The notes beneath the pieces were generated by a model, which was given only the letters and a program-made list of their open reading frames with translations, ran no database searches and was not told the DNA's origin. From Candidatus Staskawiczbacteria bacterium RIFCSPHIGHO2_02_FULL_42_22 (GTDB lineage: Bacteria > Patescibacteriota > Minisyncoccia > Minisyncoccales > Staskawiczbacteraceae): 64,000 nt of DNA. This document shows positions 41,299 to 49,910 of the stretch, piece after piece. The stretch lies in assembly GCA_001820175.1 (NCBI GenBank), contig MHOT01000010.1, positions 8,578 to 72,577 on the forward strand. The letters run 5' to 3'. A program made the position numbers and the translations under genes. Every line of letters begins with the position of its first letter. Position 1 is the stretch's first letter.

Positions 41299-41483
41299 AC
41301 TCTAAATTCTAAATCCTAAACTCTAAACAAATCACAAATTCCAATGTTCTAAATTTCAAACCGTTTTAGAATTTAGAGTTTAGAATTTAGAATTTCGTTT
41401 TCTTTTTAGGATTTAGAGTTTAGAATTTAGAATTTCGTTTTCTTTTTAGGATTTAGAGTTTAGAATTTAGGATTTCTTTTACG
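41299..41483. repeat. Word-stutter hairpin whose right arm is a roughly 40-bp unit repeated three times
   Basis: ttagRatttagagtttagaatttagRatttc(gttttc)ttt x3 facing ctctaaattctaaatcctaaactctaaac. Confidence 0.8.
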
Positions 41484-41486
41484 AAT

Positions 41487-42578
41487 ATGGCTAGATTTTT
41501 ATCATTGGAAAAAGAAGTATTTGGGTTGGACATCAGTGATTTGTCGTTGAAAATTATAAAACTTAAAAAAAGGGGGGATTTTTTTAGTGTAACATCATAT
41601 AACCACATGGATATACCGTCCGGAATCATAGAAAAAGGGGTGATTAAAAAAGAAGACGACTTAGTGAAAATAATTATCGCGGCATGTAAAAACGCGAAGG
41701 GGCAAAAACTGAATACGCGCTACGTTATATCTTCCTTGCCGGAAGAACGATCTTTTTTACAGGTAATCCAGATGCCAACCATGGAGCCGGAAGAATTGCG
41801 TCTGGCTGTTCCCTTTGAAGCGGAAAATTACATCCCTTTGCCAATGGACGATGTGTACCTTGATTTTGAAATTACTACCCCTGCTAAAAATCACGTAAAC
41901 CACCTTGATGTGCTGATTGCCGCCATGCCAAAAAAAATTGTAAATTCGTACGTATCGTGCCTTAAAAAAGCGGGCCTGGTGCCCGTGGCGCTTGAGGTTG
42001 AAGGGGAAGCAATCGCTCGCGCCCTAATAAAAGATGACAACAGCATTGCCCCGGTAGTCCTCATTGATTTTGGAAAAAACGGTACCGATTTTATTGTCTT
42101 TGCGGGGCACTCCATACAATTTACCTGCTCAATTCCTATTTCAAGCCACCAACTGACCCAAGTCATTGCCAAAGCGCTGCAGATAGAAACCAGAAAGGCC
42201 GAAAAATTAAAAATGAAATTTAACCTTGATATACCGGCCAAAGATGCCCGATCAAAAAAAATCTTTCTTGCCATGGAGCCGATACTTAACGAATTAACAA
42301 ATCAGATTAAAAAATACCTTAATTTTTACCAGGAACACGCTTCCCACGGACACCGCGATGTGCCGGAAACAATACAAAAAATTTTTATTTGCGGTGGCGG
42401 AGCAAACTTGCAGGGCTTAACCGGATTCCTCTCCCAAAAGTTGCACGTTACTGCGGAGCTTAAGGATTTTTGGGCCAATGTTTCTTCTCGACAACTGCAA
42501 GACGGGGTAAATAAAAATTTTTTATCGTTTGCCACTGCGCTAGGGCTTGCCCTGCGGGGCTTCAAGAATAGCGAATAG
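41487..42578 (+). CDS. pilM: Type IV pilus assembly protein PilM (actin-like ATPase fold)
   Basis: FGLDISDLSLKIIKLKK start, size and position before the PilN-like gene. Confidence 0.75.
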   Translation: MARFLSLEKEVFGLDISDLSLKIIKLKKRGDFFSVTSYNHMDIPSGIIEKGVIKKEDDLVKIIIAACKNAKGQKLNTRYVISSLPEERSFLQVIQMPTMEPEELRLAVPFEAENYIPLPMDDVYLDFEITTPAKNHVNHLDVLIAAMPKKIVNSYVSCLKKAGLVPVALEVEGEAIARALIKDDNSIAPVVLIDFGKNGTDFIVFAGHSIQFTCSIPISSHQLTQVIAKALQIETRKAEKLKMKFNLDIPAKDARSKKIFLAMEPILNELTNQIKKYLNFYQEHASHGHRDVPETIQKIFICGGGANLQGLTGFLSQKLHVTAELKDFWANVSSRQLQDGVNKNFLSFATALGLALRGFKNSE

Positions 42579-42631
42579 TAAATTAGTGAGTAGTTTGTAC
42601 TCGTTCTACTCACTACCAACTACCAACTAAC

Positions 42632-43177
42632 ATGATCAACCTTCTTCCTCCCGGGGAAAAACAAAAATTAATCACCGAAACCAACCAGAAAGTGATTATT
42701 ATTCTGGGTCTTGTCGCCCTAGTGCCTTTAGTGTGCGTTATGTTGGTACTGTTATCACTGAACTTTTATCTGTTGGGAGAAATTAATTCAAAAAACATTA
42801 TTTTGGCTCAAGCCCAAAAAACCTACCAGACCCCGGATTTTTTAATGGTTACAAATGAGATGAAAAAAAAGAATGCCACCATGATTTGGTTATCATCTTT
42901 TTATAATAAAGAAATGAATATGTCAGATGTTTTACAGCAAGTATCGGGATTTGCTTTTCCCGAAGAAGTATACTTAACCAACCTTTCTATCATCCGTCAA
43001 GACGATGAAATATTAAAAATATCGGCAACGGGCTTTAGCCAATCCCGGGACGATCTTTTGGTATTCCAAAAAAAGATCCAAGAACATCCGGCCATTAAGG
43101 AACTCTCTTTTTCCCCTGAAAGCTGGGTAAACGCGCAAAACGCCACGTTTCAATTAACATTTCAAGTACAACAATAA
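42632..43177 (+). CDS. pilN: PilN-like fimbrial assembly protein
   Basis: MINLLP motif followed by a single TM segment. Confidence 0.65.
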   Translation: MINLLPPGEKQKLITETNQKVIIILGLVALVPLVCVMLVLLSLNFYLLGEINSKNIILAQAQKTYQTPDFLMVTNEMKKKNATMIWLSSFYNKEMNMSDVLQQVSGFAFPEEVYLTNLSIIRQDDEILKISATGFSQSRDDLLVFQKKIQEHPAIKELSFSPESWVNAQNATFQLTFQVQQ

Positions 43178-43215
43178 TTCTTTTTTCACTAATTGAGTTT
43201 GGTAGATAATGCGAT

Positions 43216-43306
43216 GTCGTCATTGCGAGGAGTCCCGATCGCAATCGTGGACGACGAAGCAATCTTAAGGGCGAACTGAGATTGCTTCGCTGTGGCTCGC
43301 AATGAC
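43216..43306. repeat. GTCATTGCGAG repeat, copy R5
   Basis: gtcgtcattgcgaggagtcccgatcgcaatcgtggacgacgaagcaatc...gattgcttcgctgtggctcgcaatgac. Confidence 0.8.
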
Positions 43307-43337
43307 AAGGAAAAACTATTATTTTAAGCCCATAATT

Positions 43338-43880
43338 ATGCGTACGTTATCGCTTAGTAAAATACGTATTACCTTGATTGCATGTTGCCTTGCAATGCTT
43401 CTTGCAGTGTTTTTTATTTGGCTACTGTGGATCAATGTTTCCAAGAACACCGGTCAGTTAGTTGCCATAAAAAATAGTACCGTAGAGCTGCAAATGCAAA
43501 ATGACGAAATTGAACGTTTTAAGAAAAATTACAACACCTATAAACCAAATCTGGATGCGATTGAAAAGTTGTTTGTGGATCCAAGAAATCCGGTGGATTT
43601 TATTGAATTCTTGGAAGATACTGCCGCGTCCTCCAATTTACAGTTTTATGTTTCCCTGGCAAAAGACGCCAAACTTGAGGCAAACGGCATTGGGTTTCGA
43701 ATTTCAGTGTCCGGTAATTTTTTTGATATAGTACGTTTTACCAATAACATGGAACATGGGCCGTACCTTATTAGTATTAAAACCGTCACTTTGGGCCAGC
43801 TTTCAGGCAAAGATGAGGCAACGCAGTTGTCGGGAAACATAGACGCTAATTTTTTAATACAGGTATTTACATCAATATGA
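43338..43880 (+). CDS. pilO: PilO-like pilus assembly protein
   Basis: TM + coiled-coil + C-terminal ferredoxin-like region, position after pilN; ATG 43338 chosen because the tracked start lies in repeat R5. Confidence 0.5.
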   Translation: MRTLSLSKIRITLIACCLAMLLAVFFIWLLWINVSKNTGQLVAIKNSTVELQMQNDEIERFKKNYNTYKPNLDAIEKLFVDPRNPVDFIEFLEDTAASSNLQFYVSLAKDAKLEANGIGFRISVSGNFFDIVRFTNNMEHGPYLISIKTVTLGQLSGKDEATQLSGNIDANFLIQVFTSI

Positions 43881-44188
43881 AATTCAACGTGTCAGAATTA
43901 TTTAAAGCAAAAAAAGATGCTATACGGAAAATTCCCTTTACTTTGGCATCCCATGCTTTTTTAATCATGGTATTTTTTATTTTTTTAGTTATAATGGTAG
44001 GAGCGCTTTTATTTTACCAACACGGCGTATGGTTGGCGCGAAAAGTACCGGAACCTGCCGGAACTATTGTTCGGTTCAACGAAGCGGCATACAAAGCCAT
44101 ATTGCAAGAATGGCAGGGTCGCCAACAATCCCTTGGCGAGCCCCTGGGCGAGAAATATATAAATCCTTTCTATAGCGTCACGCCATAA
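43877..44188 (+). CDS. Small membrane protein, pilus-cluster associated
   Basis: 103 aa, one TM segment, ATGA overlap with the preceding gene. Confidence 0.45.
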   Translation: MKFNVSELFKAKKDAIRKIPFTLASHAFLIMVFFIFLVIMVGALLFYQHGVWLARKVPEPAGTIVRFNEAAYKAILQEWQGRQQSLGEPLGEKYINPFYSVTP

Positions 44189-44261
44189 TAGAAAATCTAA
44201 ATCCTAAATTCTAAACTCTAAATTCTAAAACGGTTAGAGTTTAGAATTTGTTTGCAAACCG

Positions 44262-44498
44262 TGAATCACGAAATGCTTTCGAGGGATTTTCTCCAAATTT
44301 TGAGCGAAAATGTGATAGAATTCTGAGGCATAGCAAGCTCTGCCGAAGAATTATAATTTGCTAAGCGAGAGAGAAAAAGAAGAATAGCAATTATTCTTTT
44401 TCGAACGAGCGACAAATTATACTAGGTATAGCGCATTTGCAGCCAAAATTTGGAGAAAAGACCCGAAAAGTCTTTTCAAACTGGCATTTCGTGATTCA
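44262..44498. mobile_element. MITE (TGAATCACGAAATGC TIRs) sharing an internal module with 21911-22214
   Basis: tgaatcacgaaatgc...gcatttcgtgattca; the internal ataatttgctaagcgagagagaaaaagaagaatagcaattattc... is the reverse complement of 22000-22080. Confidence 0.75.
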
Positions 44499-44517
44499 AG
44501 GTTTAAGCAAAAGTATT

Positions 44518-44892
44518 ATGAATAAAGTCAATAAAAAAGTGTTAATTGTAGAAGACGATGAGGACTTCATTTTTATCCTTGAAAAAAAGTTTACCATGGA
44601 GGGGTTTTCGGTTCTGAAAGCAAAAGATGGCGAAGAAGGGATGGCGGTGGCTAAAAAAGAAAAACCGGATTTGGTTATCACCGATATCTTAATGCCTAAA
44701 ATGGACGGCATCGTTATGGCAAAAAAAATACGGGAAACAGATCCTGATGTACCCATTATTTTTTTAACCAACATTAAGGATGTTGACTACACTATCCCTG
44801 TGCAAAAGTCAGACAAATTTGAATACCTAATCAAGTCCGACACCCGGATTGACGACATCGTTGCCAAAGCAAAAGCCACCCTGAAAGTATAA
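44518..44892 (+). CDS. Single-domain response regulator (CheY-like receiver)
   Basis: VLIVEDDED....DLVITDILMPKMDG....K; ATG 44518 because the tracked 5' extension is MITE sequence. Confidence 0.8.
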   Translation: MNKVNKKVLIVEDDEDFIFILEKKFTMEGFSVLKAKDGEEGMAVAKKEKPDLVITDILMPKMDGIVMAKKIRETDPDVPIIFLTNIKDVDYTIPVQKSDKFEYLIKSDTRIDDIVAKAKATLKV

Positions 44893-45174
44893 CAAAAAAG
44901 ACATTCGCAAAATGTCTTTTTTGGTACATGGCCGGCGGACTTTGTCTGTCGAGCCCACTATGGCAGTCGAAGGCGGAGAGTAGTGGATGACGTTAGAACC
45001 TATTTCCAAAGCACCACCGACCGCTTCTTTATTCCAATGCTATCATTGGAAACAGCTAAAATCAATTAGAATTTTTACTATCCTACGCTACTACTCACTA
45101 TTGTTTTGTAATAAAAAGCCCCAGAAGTCCAAAGGACGACTGGGGTCTATTGTTTTTATTATTTTGAAAGGACT

Positions 45175-45402
45175 TTATTTGCTCTGCTGCATTTTTTCCT
45201 TCGCCTCTTTAAGGTAGCCATCGTAAGTGGCAAGTTCAATGGTGCTATACAGAGTTGCGGAAACTTCGGGCAGCTCATTCTTAATCAGAGTGAGCATAGC
45301 AATGAGGCAGGCTTCGGGGTTTTCTCGTGCCTTTTTCATTTTTTCTTCACCAAAGTGTCCCATCACTTCTTCCACCAGTTGAGCTGTCGCTTTGGTAAGC
45401 AT
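45175..45402 (-). CDS. Hypothetical protein (third gene of GC-rich 3-gene operon)
   Basis: 75 aa; followed by - strand terminator ccccag...ctgggg with T-run near 45115-45150. Confidence 0.45.
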   Translation of the reverse strand: MLTKATAQLVEEVMGHFGEEKMKKARENPEACLIAMLTLIKNELPEVSATLYSTIELATYDGYLKEAKEKMQQSK

Positions 45403-45436
45403 AGCGTTCTCCTTTCAGAGTGGGTTGGAAACCTGA

Positions 45437-45823
45437 TTAAACAGGTTTGGTCGGTTTGACCACATTCAACACTAAATCAAACAAGCTCGTAACCCAGATT
45501 TCGTCTTCTCTCATTTCCTCTCTCACTACCCTTTTCCAAAAATTCCTAACAAGGTAGCAAAAGACGAATATCTCCCGATTGTCTAACCACTTACCCGTTT
45601 CAATCGCAATGTCGGGGTAGTATTTTTTAGCAAAGATTTCTTTCTTTTTCGGCCAAGGCTTGTGCCTTGCCATAAACTGGGCTTGTTCCTCTTTGCCCCA
45701 CACCTTGTGGTCATAAAGACGACCGTGCTGGGAGATAATCCAGAAGAGAATGGCTCGCAAAACATCAGAGCACTCTTCGTCAGCCGCTTGCTTGGCGAAC
45801 GAACTCTCAAAGCGGAACATCAC
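45437..45823 (-). CDS. Hypothetical protein (second gene of the operon)
   Basis: 128 aa, no recognised motif. Confidence 0.45.
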   Translation of the reverse strand: MMFRFESSFAKQAADEECSDVLRAILFWIISQHGRLYDHKVWGKEEQAQFMARHKPWPKKKEIFAKKYYPDIAIETGKWLDNREIFVFCYLVRNFWKRVVREEMREDEIWVTSLFDLVLNVVKPTKPV

Positions 45824-45855
45824 CCGAACTACTTGGGTCGCCTCCTCTATGAGTT

Positions 45856-46218
45856 CTACCGGGTTTTACTTTCGTCAAACCATACGCCGTCAACGGAGTA
45901 GGTTGACCAACCCGTGAAAGGAGATTTATACATCTCAATTCTTTCAAGGGCTTCGTCCACAGAGGGCAAGGTGCGACTAAACTTAGGAAAAGTATAGCGA
46001 CTGGGCTTGAACAAATCGGGAAAAGCCTGAAATTCATTTATCAGTTTTTCCACATTGTCTTGCAAATATCTTTTGACCAGATTTTCGTCGTGTCCTTTGC
46101 GTAGAGCATTAAAGATTGCTCCGTAGTAAGCCGCTCTCTTGGGAAAGTAAATTTCAACAAACAATCCTCGTTCGCTTGAATTGAAGAAATAAACCTTTTC
46201 TGGTGCTGGCATACACAC
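45856..46218 (-). CDS. Hypothetical protein (first gene of the operon)
   Basis: 120 aa; upstream on the - strand TTGACT, 17 nt spacer, TATAAG and an AAAGGA RBS. Confidence 0.45.
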   Translation of the reverse strand: MCMPAPEKVYFFNSSERGLFVEIYFPKRAAYYGAIFNALRKGHDENLVKRYLQDNVEKLINEFQAFPDLFKPSRYTFPKFSRTLPSVDEALERIEMYKSPFTGWSTYSVDGVWFDESKTR

Positions 46219-46302
46219 ATCCTTTCTTTGGGAAAAGTGAATTTCACTATGTCAAAGACCTGCCTGTCTTATATCAATTTTATAGCATAAAGTCAAAAAT
46301 GG

Positions 46303-46716
46303 CTATGCGATTTTATTTAAGTCGCCATTTAGAACCATATTGGTCATAGCACTGATTTCATCGGAATAAGAAAGGTATGGCACAGGATTAAGTAAAAATA
46401 CTTTCTTGTTATGGACGTGAGCAAACCCCATTTCCATTAAAGAATTTCCACCGATATAGTTTTTAACACCTTTTTTATCGTAATTTAACACTAAAATAGC
46501 ATCTGAATTAGTTATGAGTTCATAATGCTTACGGATAAAATTATTGGCTATTTTCCTTTCTGCACTTTCAGAACCGCTTACTTTTTCCATTTTGCCTTCC
46601 GCATAGTTATCAGTGCTTTCGGGGATAAAACAAATATGCCCCAGTTTTTCTAATTGGTTTTTTGTGTCCAACATTTCTTTAGCAAAAGCCATACTACCGC
46701 AAATGGTTATTTTCAT
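46303..46716 (-). CDS. Nucleoside 2-deoxyribosyltransferase-like protein
   Basis: ITICGSMAF N-terminus and IGGNSLMEMGFAHVHNKKVFLL C-terminal motif. Confidence 0.5.
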   Translation of the reverse strand: MKITICGSMAFAKEMLDTKNQLEKLGHICFIPESTDNYAEGKMEKVSGSESAERKIANNFIRKHYELITNSDAILVLNYDKKGVKNYIGGNSLMEMGFAHVHNKKVFLLNPVPYLSYSDEISAMTNMVLNGDLNKIA

Positions 46717-46724
46717 AGTTTCTT

Positions 46725-47174
46725 TTAGCTATCCAGAGATTTATTAGCGTAAAATTTTACCGCATTATTGATATTAAATTCTGCTTTTTCTAAATCATCC
46801 TTGCTAAACCAGCGAATATCGTTATGCTCTTCTTTGTTATGGATAAATTTATCTGATTTGGCTTTTGCAAAATACACCAGCCCGATGTGCTTGTGGGTGT
46901 CTGATATTTTATGGATGTCTAAAAAGGATGGTGTGTATAAAAACTTAGTATCTTGTGCTTCAATCGTTGGTTTTTCATTTAATACTTCTATTTCTAATCC
47001 GCATTCTTCCTGCACTTCCCTAAATAGTGCTTGGTCAGTATCTTCATTAAGTTCTATGTGCCCGCCGATTGCCAGCCATCTGTTGAGTTTCTTGTGGTGT
47101 ATCAAAAGAACCTTATCGTTGTAGATGATAAATACATTAACCACAAAATCTATTTGCTCGTGGATGTGTGCCAT
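46725..47174 (-). CDS. NUDIX hydrolase
   Basis: Nudix box GGHIELNEDTDQALFREVQEECGL. Confidence 0.85.
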   Translation of the reverse strand: MAHIHEQIDFVVNVFIIYNDKVLLIHHKKLNRWLAIGGHIELNEDTDQALFREVQEECGLEIEVLNEKPTIEAQDTKFLYTPSFLDIHKISDTHKHIGLVYFAKAKSDKFIHNKEEHNDIRWFSKDDLEKAEFNINNAVKFYANKSLDS

Positions 47175-47223
47175 ATATTGTTTTACTATACTATAACAAA
47201 AATCTCCCGTTTCTGGGAGTTTT

Positions 47224-47446
47224 TATGGAGTAGCACTCTTGGTGCACCCGTAAGCCACCGCCCTTTGCGGAGGGTGGGATTTCCCTCCGGTAAATTTCCT
47301 GACGGAAATTTCCTTCGGGTCTGCCCTCACAGCCCTCGCCTTTCGTCCCGTCCCCAGGCGGGACTCAAACTCGCGCTTTGCTCCGGGCTTCAAATCCCAC
47401 CAATTTAAAATGTTAGCCAGAAAAAATCTGGCTAACATTATTAAAG
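47224..47446. other. GC-rich structured non-coding segment containing a pseudo 3' end of tRNA-Ser
   Basis: gcggagggtgggatttccctccgg (47268-47290) mimics the tRNA-Ser 3' end; ggtgggattt/aaatcccacc long-range pairing; hairpin aatgttagccag...ctggctaacatt. Confidence 0.4.
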
Positions 47447-47531
47447 CGGAGAGGGTGGGATTTGAACCCACGAGACCCTTGCGGGCCATAGTTTTCGAAA
47501 CTATTCCGTTAAGCCGCTCCGGCACCTCTCC
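47447..47531 (-). tRNA. tRNA-Ser, anticodon CGA
   Basis: Acceptor GGAGAGG/CCTCTCC, stem ATAGT/ACTAT, loop TTCGAAA, long variable arm, T arm GTGGG-TTCAAAT-CCCAC. Confidence 0.8.
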
Positions 47532-47602
47532 ATTATCATAGATAATACTACATTGTTAACAAAAAACGGCAGAGAGCCGTATTTTTGTTGAAAATTCGAA
47601 AT

Positions 47603-47992
47603 TTAATTTGTAGCGGTTTCCTCTTTTTTTGTAATTACCTTATACCAATCGTTGTAGTCATAAATATCCTGAATAATAATGCCAGAAATAATTCCTAAAA
47701 GAAATGTGGGCAGGTAATAGCGATCAATAACCCATATAATTCCCAAAAGGACAATTCCAATGATCCAGTGGTGGAGGTGAATTTCCCATTTGCCAAAGTC
47801 CAAAAATATTCCGTCTATTTTGCCATTGTGAACAAACGCGGTGCAAAAAACCTTGCAAAGGAGATATCCGATGATAACCCCCCCCGTAAAAGATAGAGAG
47901 TAGTAAAAAGAGGTGACAAGAACGACGGCCGGCAGCATCATTTTAACTTTCGGCCGCTTATTTTCAGAAGAATAATGATTGAGTTCGGTCAT
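47603..47992 (-). CDS. Small integral membrane protein
   Basis: 129 aa, 4 hydrophobic spans. Confidence 0.5.
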   Translation of the reverse strand: MTELNHYSSENKRPKVKMMLPAVVLVTSFYYSLSFTGGVIIGYLLCKVFCTAFVHNGKIDGIFLDFGKWEIHLHHWIIGIVLLGIIWVIDRYYLPTFLLGIISGIIIQDIYDYNDWYKVITKKEETATN

Positions 47993-48251
47993 AATTATTG
48001 CTTTGTTGATCTCCTAAAAATGCTGTAAATTAATCTATTTTAAGCTCAAAATCGAGTATTTTCAAGATATCCACTATTCCTTAATGATACTCATTTTTGG
48101 GGACTAAGTCAATATTGGCAAGATCACTTATCCACAAGGCCAAAAACCCCGCTTTTTTGGTAAAAAAACGGGGTTTTTAGGATAGCAAATGACATTAAGA
48201 GTTGTGCCCGAGTCCAAATCTTATCACGATTTTTAAGGACCTAAACCATAT

Positions 48252-48312
48252 ATGGAACAAACATTATGAAACCGCACTAAAGTTGCCCGCGGTTTCATAA
48301 TGTTTGTTCCAT
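48252..48312. repeat. Perfect 24-bp-stem hairpin with GAAACCGCACTAAAGT core
   Basis: atggaacaaacattatgaaaccgc / gcggtttcataatgtttgttccat. Confidence 0.85.
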
Positions 48313-48365
48313 AGCTATAGTAAAGGAGAAGTTGACTGAAATAAGGCAATTGAGAGTTTAATTTC

Positions 48366-49748
48366 TCACAATCCTTCATAATCGGGATCATCAGTAAAAA
48401 ATCTTTTTCTGACTTCCTGATTTGGCATTGAGAAAAGCTTTTCCCATTTTTTTATTTTACTCAAATCTACTTTCAAAGCCCACTCATACCCACGTTGATG
48501 AATTAAAGCTTCTGATCGTCTGTCGCGCACCATCTGGATTACTCTTTCTGCCTTGATAATATTAGGATCATTTTCCGACATTGATTGCTTCCAGTCGCCC
48601 ACAATATCTTCCATAAGCTCGGCATTTTTACGTAAGGCTCCTGTTAATTTTAGGGCTTGTTTTTTTGGCATGACCTTTCTTTGATTATCTTCATACATTG
48701 CTAAGCTAGAATGATCTTTTACTGATTGTTCGAATAGTCTTCTGCCCAAAAAACCAAAGAACTCTTCGGTTATTAGTTCATCAGTTACCTTATCTGATTC
48801 AGGACGAAGATGCTCTCTATAAAAATGAGCTAACTCTTCTGACATTGAACTACCTCTCACTATATCTTCCAGATCTCTCGCGGCAATGATATTTGCTTCC
48901 ACTACTTCGCCAGTATCTCTGTCCATACCCTTTCTTGCATACATTGTTCGTCCTTTTGCATTAGCTTCATTTTTTGAATCAACAATAACTCTTGGTAAAT
49001 CTTCAGCGGAAAATGAAAAACCATAACGTTCAGTGAAATCCATATTAATTTGATCTATAACAATTGTTCCCACCTGACCAGATGCGGTATCAACATCGAT
49101 TCCTCGGCTTTCAGATTCTTTTCTAATTTTTTCAACAAGTAAAGACTGTAAAGGAGATAGCGGCTCTTCCCCATAATCTTTCTCAATATCAGTGCTCATT
49201 CTTTCTATTTTTGCACTTTGATTTTGCCACTCCTCAAGTTTTGATTTTTTATCTTTTTCTCTAACTATTACTGGTTCTTGTTCCAATACCTTCACCTCTC
49301 CCTTATTTTTCATTGCTTGAACTACCGTCTCGTTTCTATCATCAATATCCTGTCTCTCCTCATCAGTTAATCCTTGATACCAATCATAGTATTTATTAAT
49401 TTCTTCTTGAGTCGCATTTTCATTAAGACCCAATCCTAAAGCAGCTCTTCTGCGCGATTCCTCCCTATCCGCATCAACTCGCTGCCTATCCTCATCGGAT
49501 AAATTCTTATACCACTCAAGCGTTTTATTGATTTGTTCTTCGGTTGCATTTTTGTAGAGACCGAACCCCAGAGCTTTTTCCCTGAACTCATTTTCAGCTT
49601 GTTCTTTTTCAATTCTTTTTTTAATTTCTTGTGGGATTTCCTCATTTTCTGCGTTTGCAGCTATCTTCTTCAATTCTTCCGATATTTTTCTTTGTTCAGG
49701 CGTTTCTTCTTCATGGCCTTCATTTTCTAATTTTTCTATATTTATCAT
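48366..49748 (-). CDS. Hypothetical protein with internal tandem motif
   Basis: 460 aa; repeated GLG(L/F)..NAT.E.INK...WY..L.DE.RQ..D unit twice in the N-terminal third. Confidence 0.5.
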   Translation of the reverse strand: MINIEKLENEGHEEETPEQRKISEELKKIAANAENEEIPQEIKKRIEKEQAENEFREKALGFGLYKNATEEQINKTLEWYKNLSDEDRQRVDADREESRRRAALGLGLNENATQEEINKYYDWYQGLTDEERQDIDDRNETVVQAMKNKGEVKVLEQEPVIVREKDKKSKLEEWQNQSAKIERMSTDIEKDYGEEPLSPLQSLLVEKIRKESESRGIDVDTASGQVGTIVIDQINMDFTERYGFSFSAEDLPRVIVDSKNEANAKGRTMYARKGMDRDTGEVVEANIIAARDLEDIVRGSSMSEELAHFYREHLRPESDKVTDELITEEFFGFLGRRLFEQSVKDHSSLAMYEDNQRKVMPKKQALKLTGALRKNAELMEDIVGDWKQSMSENDPNIIKAERVIQMVRDRRSEALIHQRGYEWALKVDLSKIKKWEKLFSMPNQEVRKRFFTDDPDYEGL

Positions 49749-49826
49749 ATTCCTATATTATTACTTTCATTGAAATTATACCAAAAAATCGCCCGAAAGG
49801 CGATTTTTATACTAACAATCAGGTGA

Positions 49827-49898
49827 TGCCCTCGGTAGGAATCGAACCTACATCAGAGATTTAGGAAACCTCCGTCCTGTCCATTGAACGACGAGGGC
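49827..49898 (-). tRNA. tRNA-Arg, anticodon CCU
   Basis: Acceptor GCCCTCG/CGAGGGC, stem GAGGT/ATCTC, loop TTCCTAA. Confidence 0.8.
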
Positions 49899-49910
49899 CA
49901 GTTATGATGG

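Noticed and set aside
41364-41483. Three tandem 40-bp units upstream of pilM considered as a mini CRISPR array
   Set aside because: The units are contiguous with no unique spacers, are made of the CTAAA/TTTAG word repeat, pair with an upstream arm, and no cas genes are present.
44927-45100. Possible distal att copy of the tRNA-Ser 3' end (ggcggagagtagtggatgacgttagaacc) that would delimit a 2.5-kb island up to 47447; also checked as a tRNA or tmRNA
   Set aside because: The similarity to gcggagagggtgggatttgaaccc is short and gapped. No cloverleaf or T-loop can be folded. It cannot be supported without an alignment statistic.
47224-47446. SRP RNA, RNase P RNA or tmRNA in the GC-rich spacer
   Set aside because: I could not find the conserved helix-8 GGAA/AGCA motif context, the GAGGAAAGUCC box or a tmRNA tag frame. 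It is retained only as an unclassified structured region.
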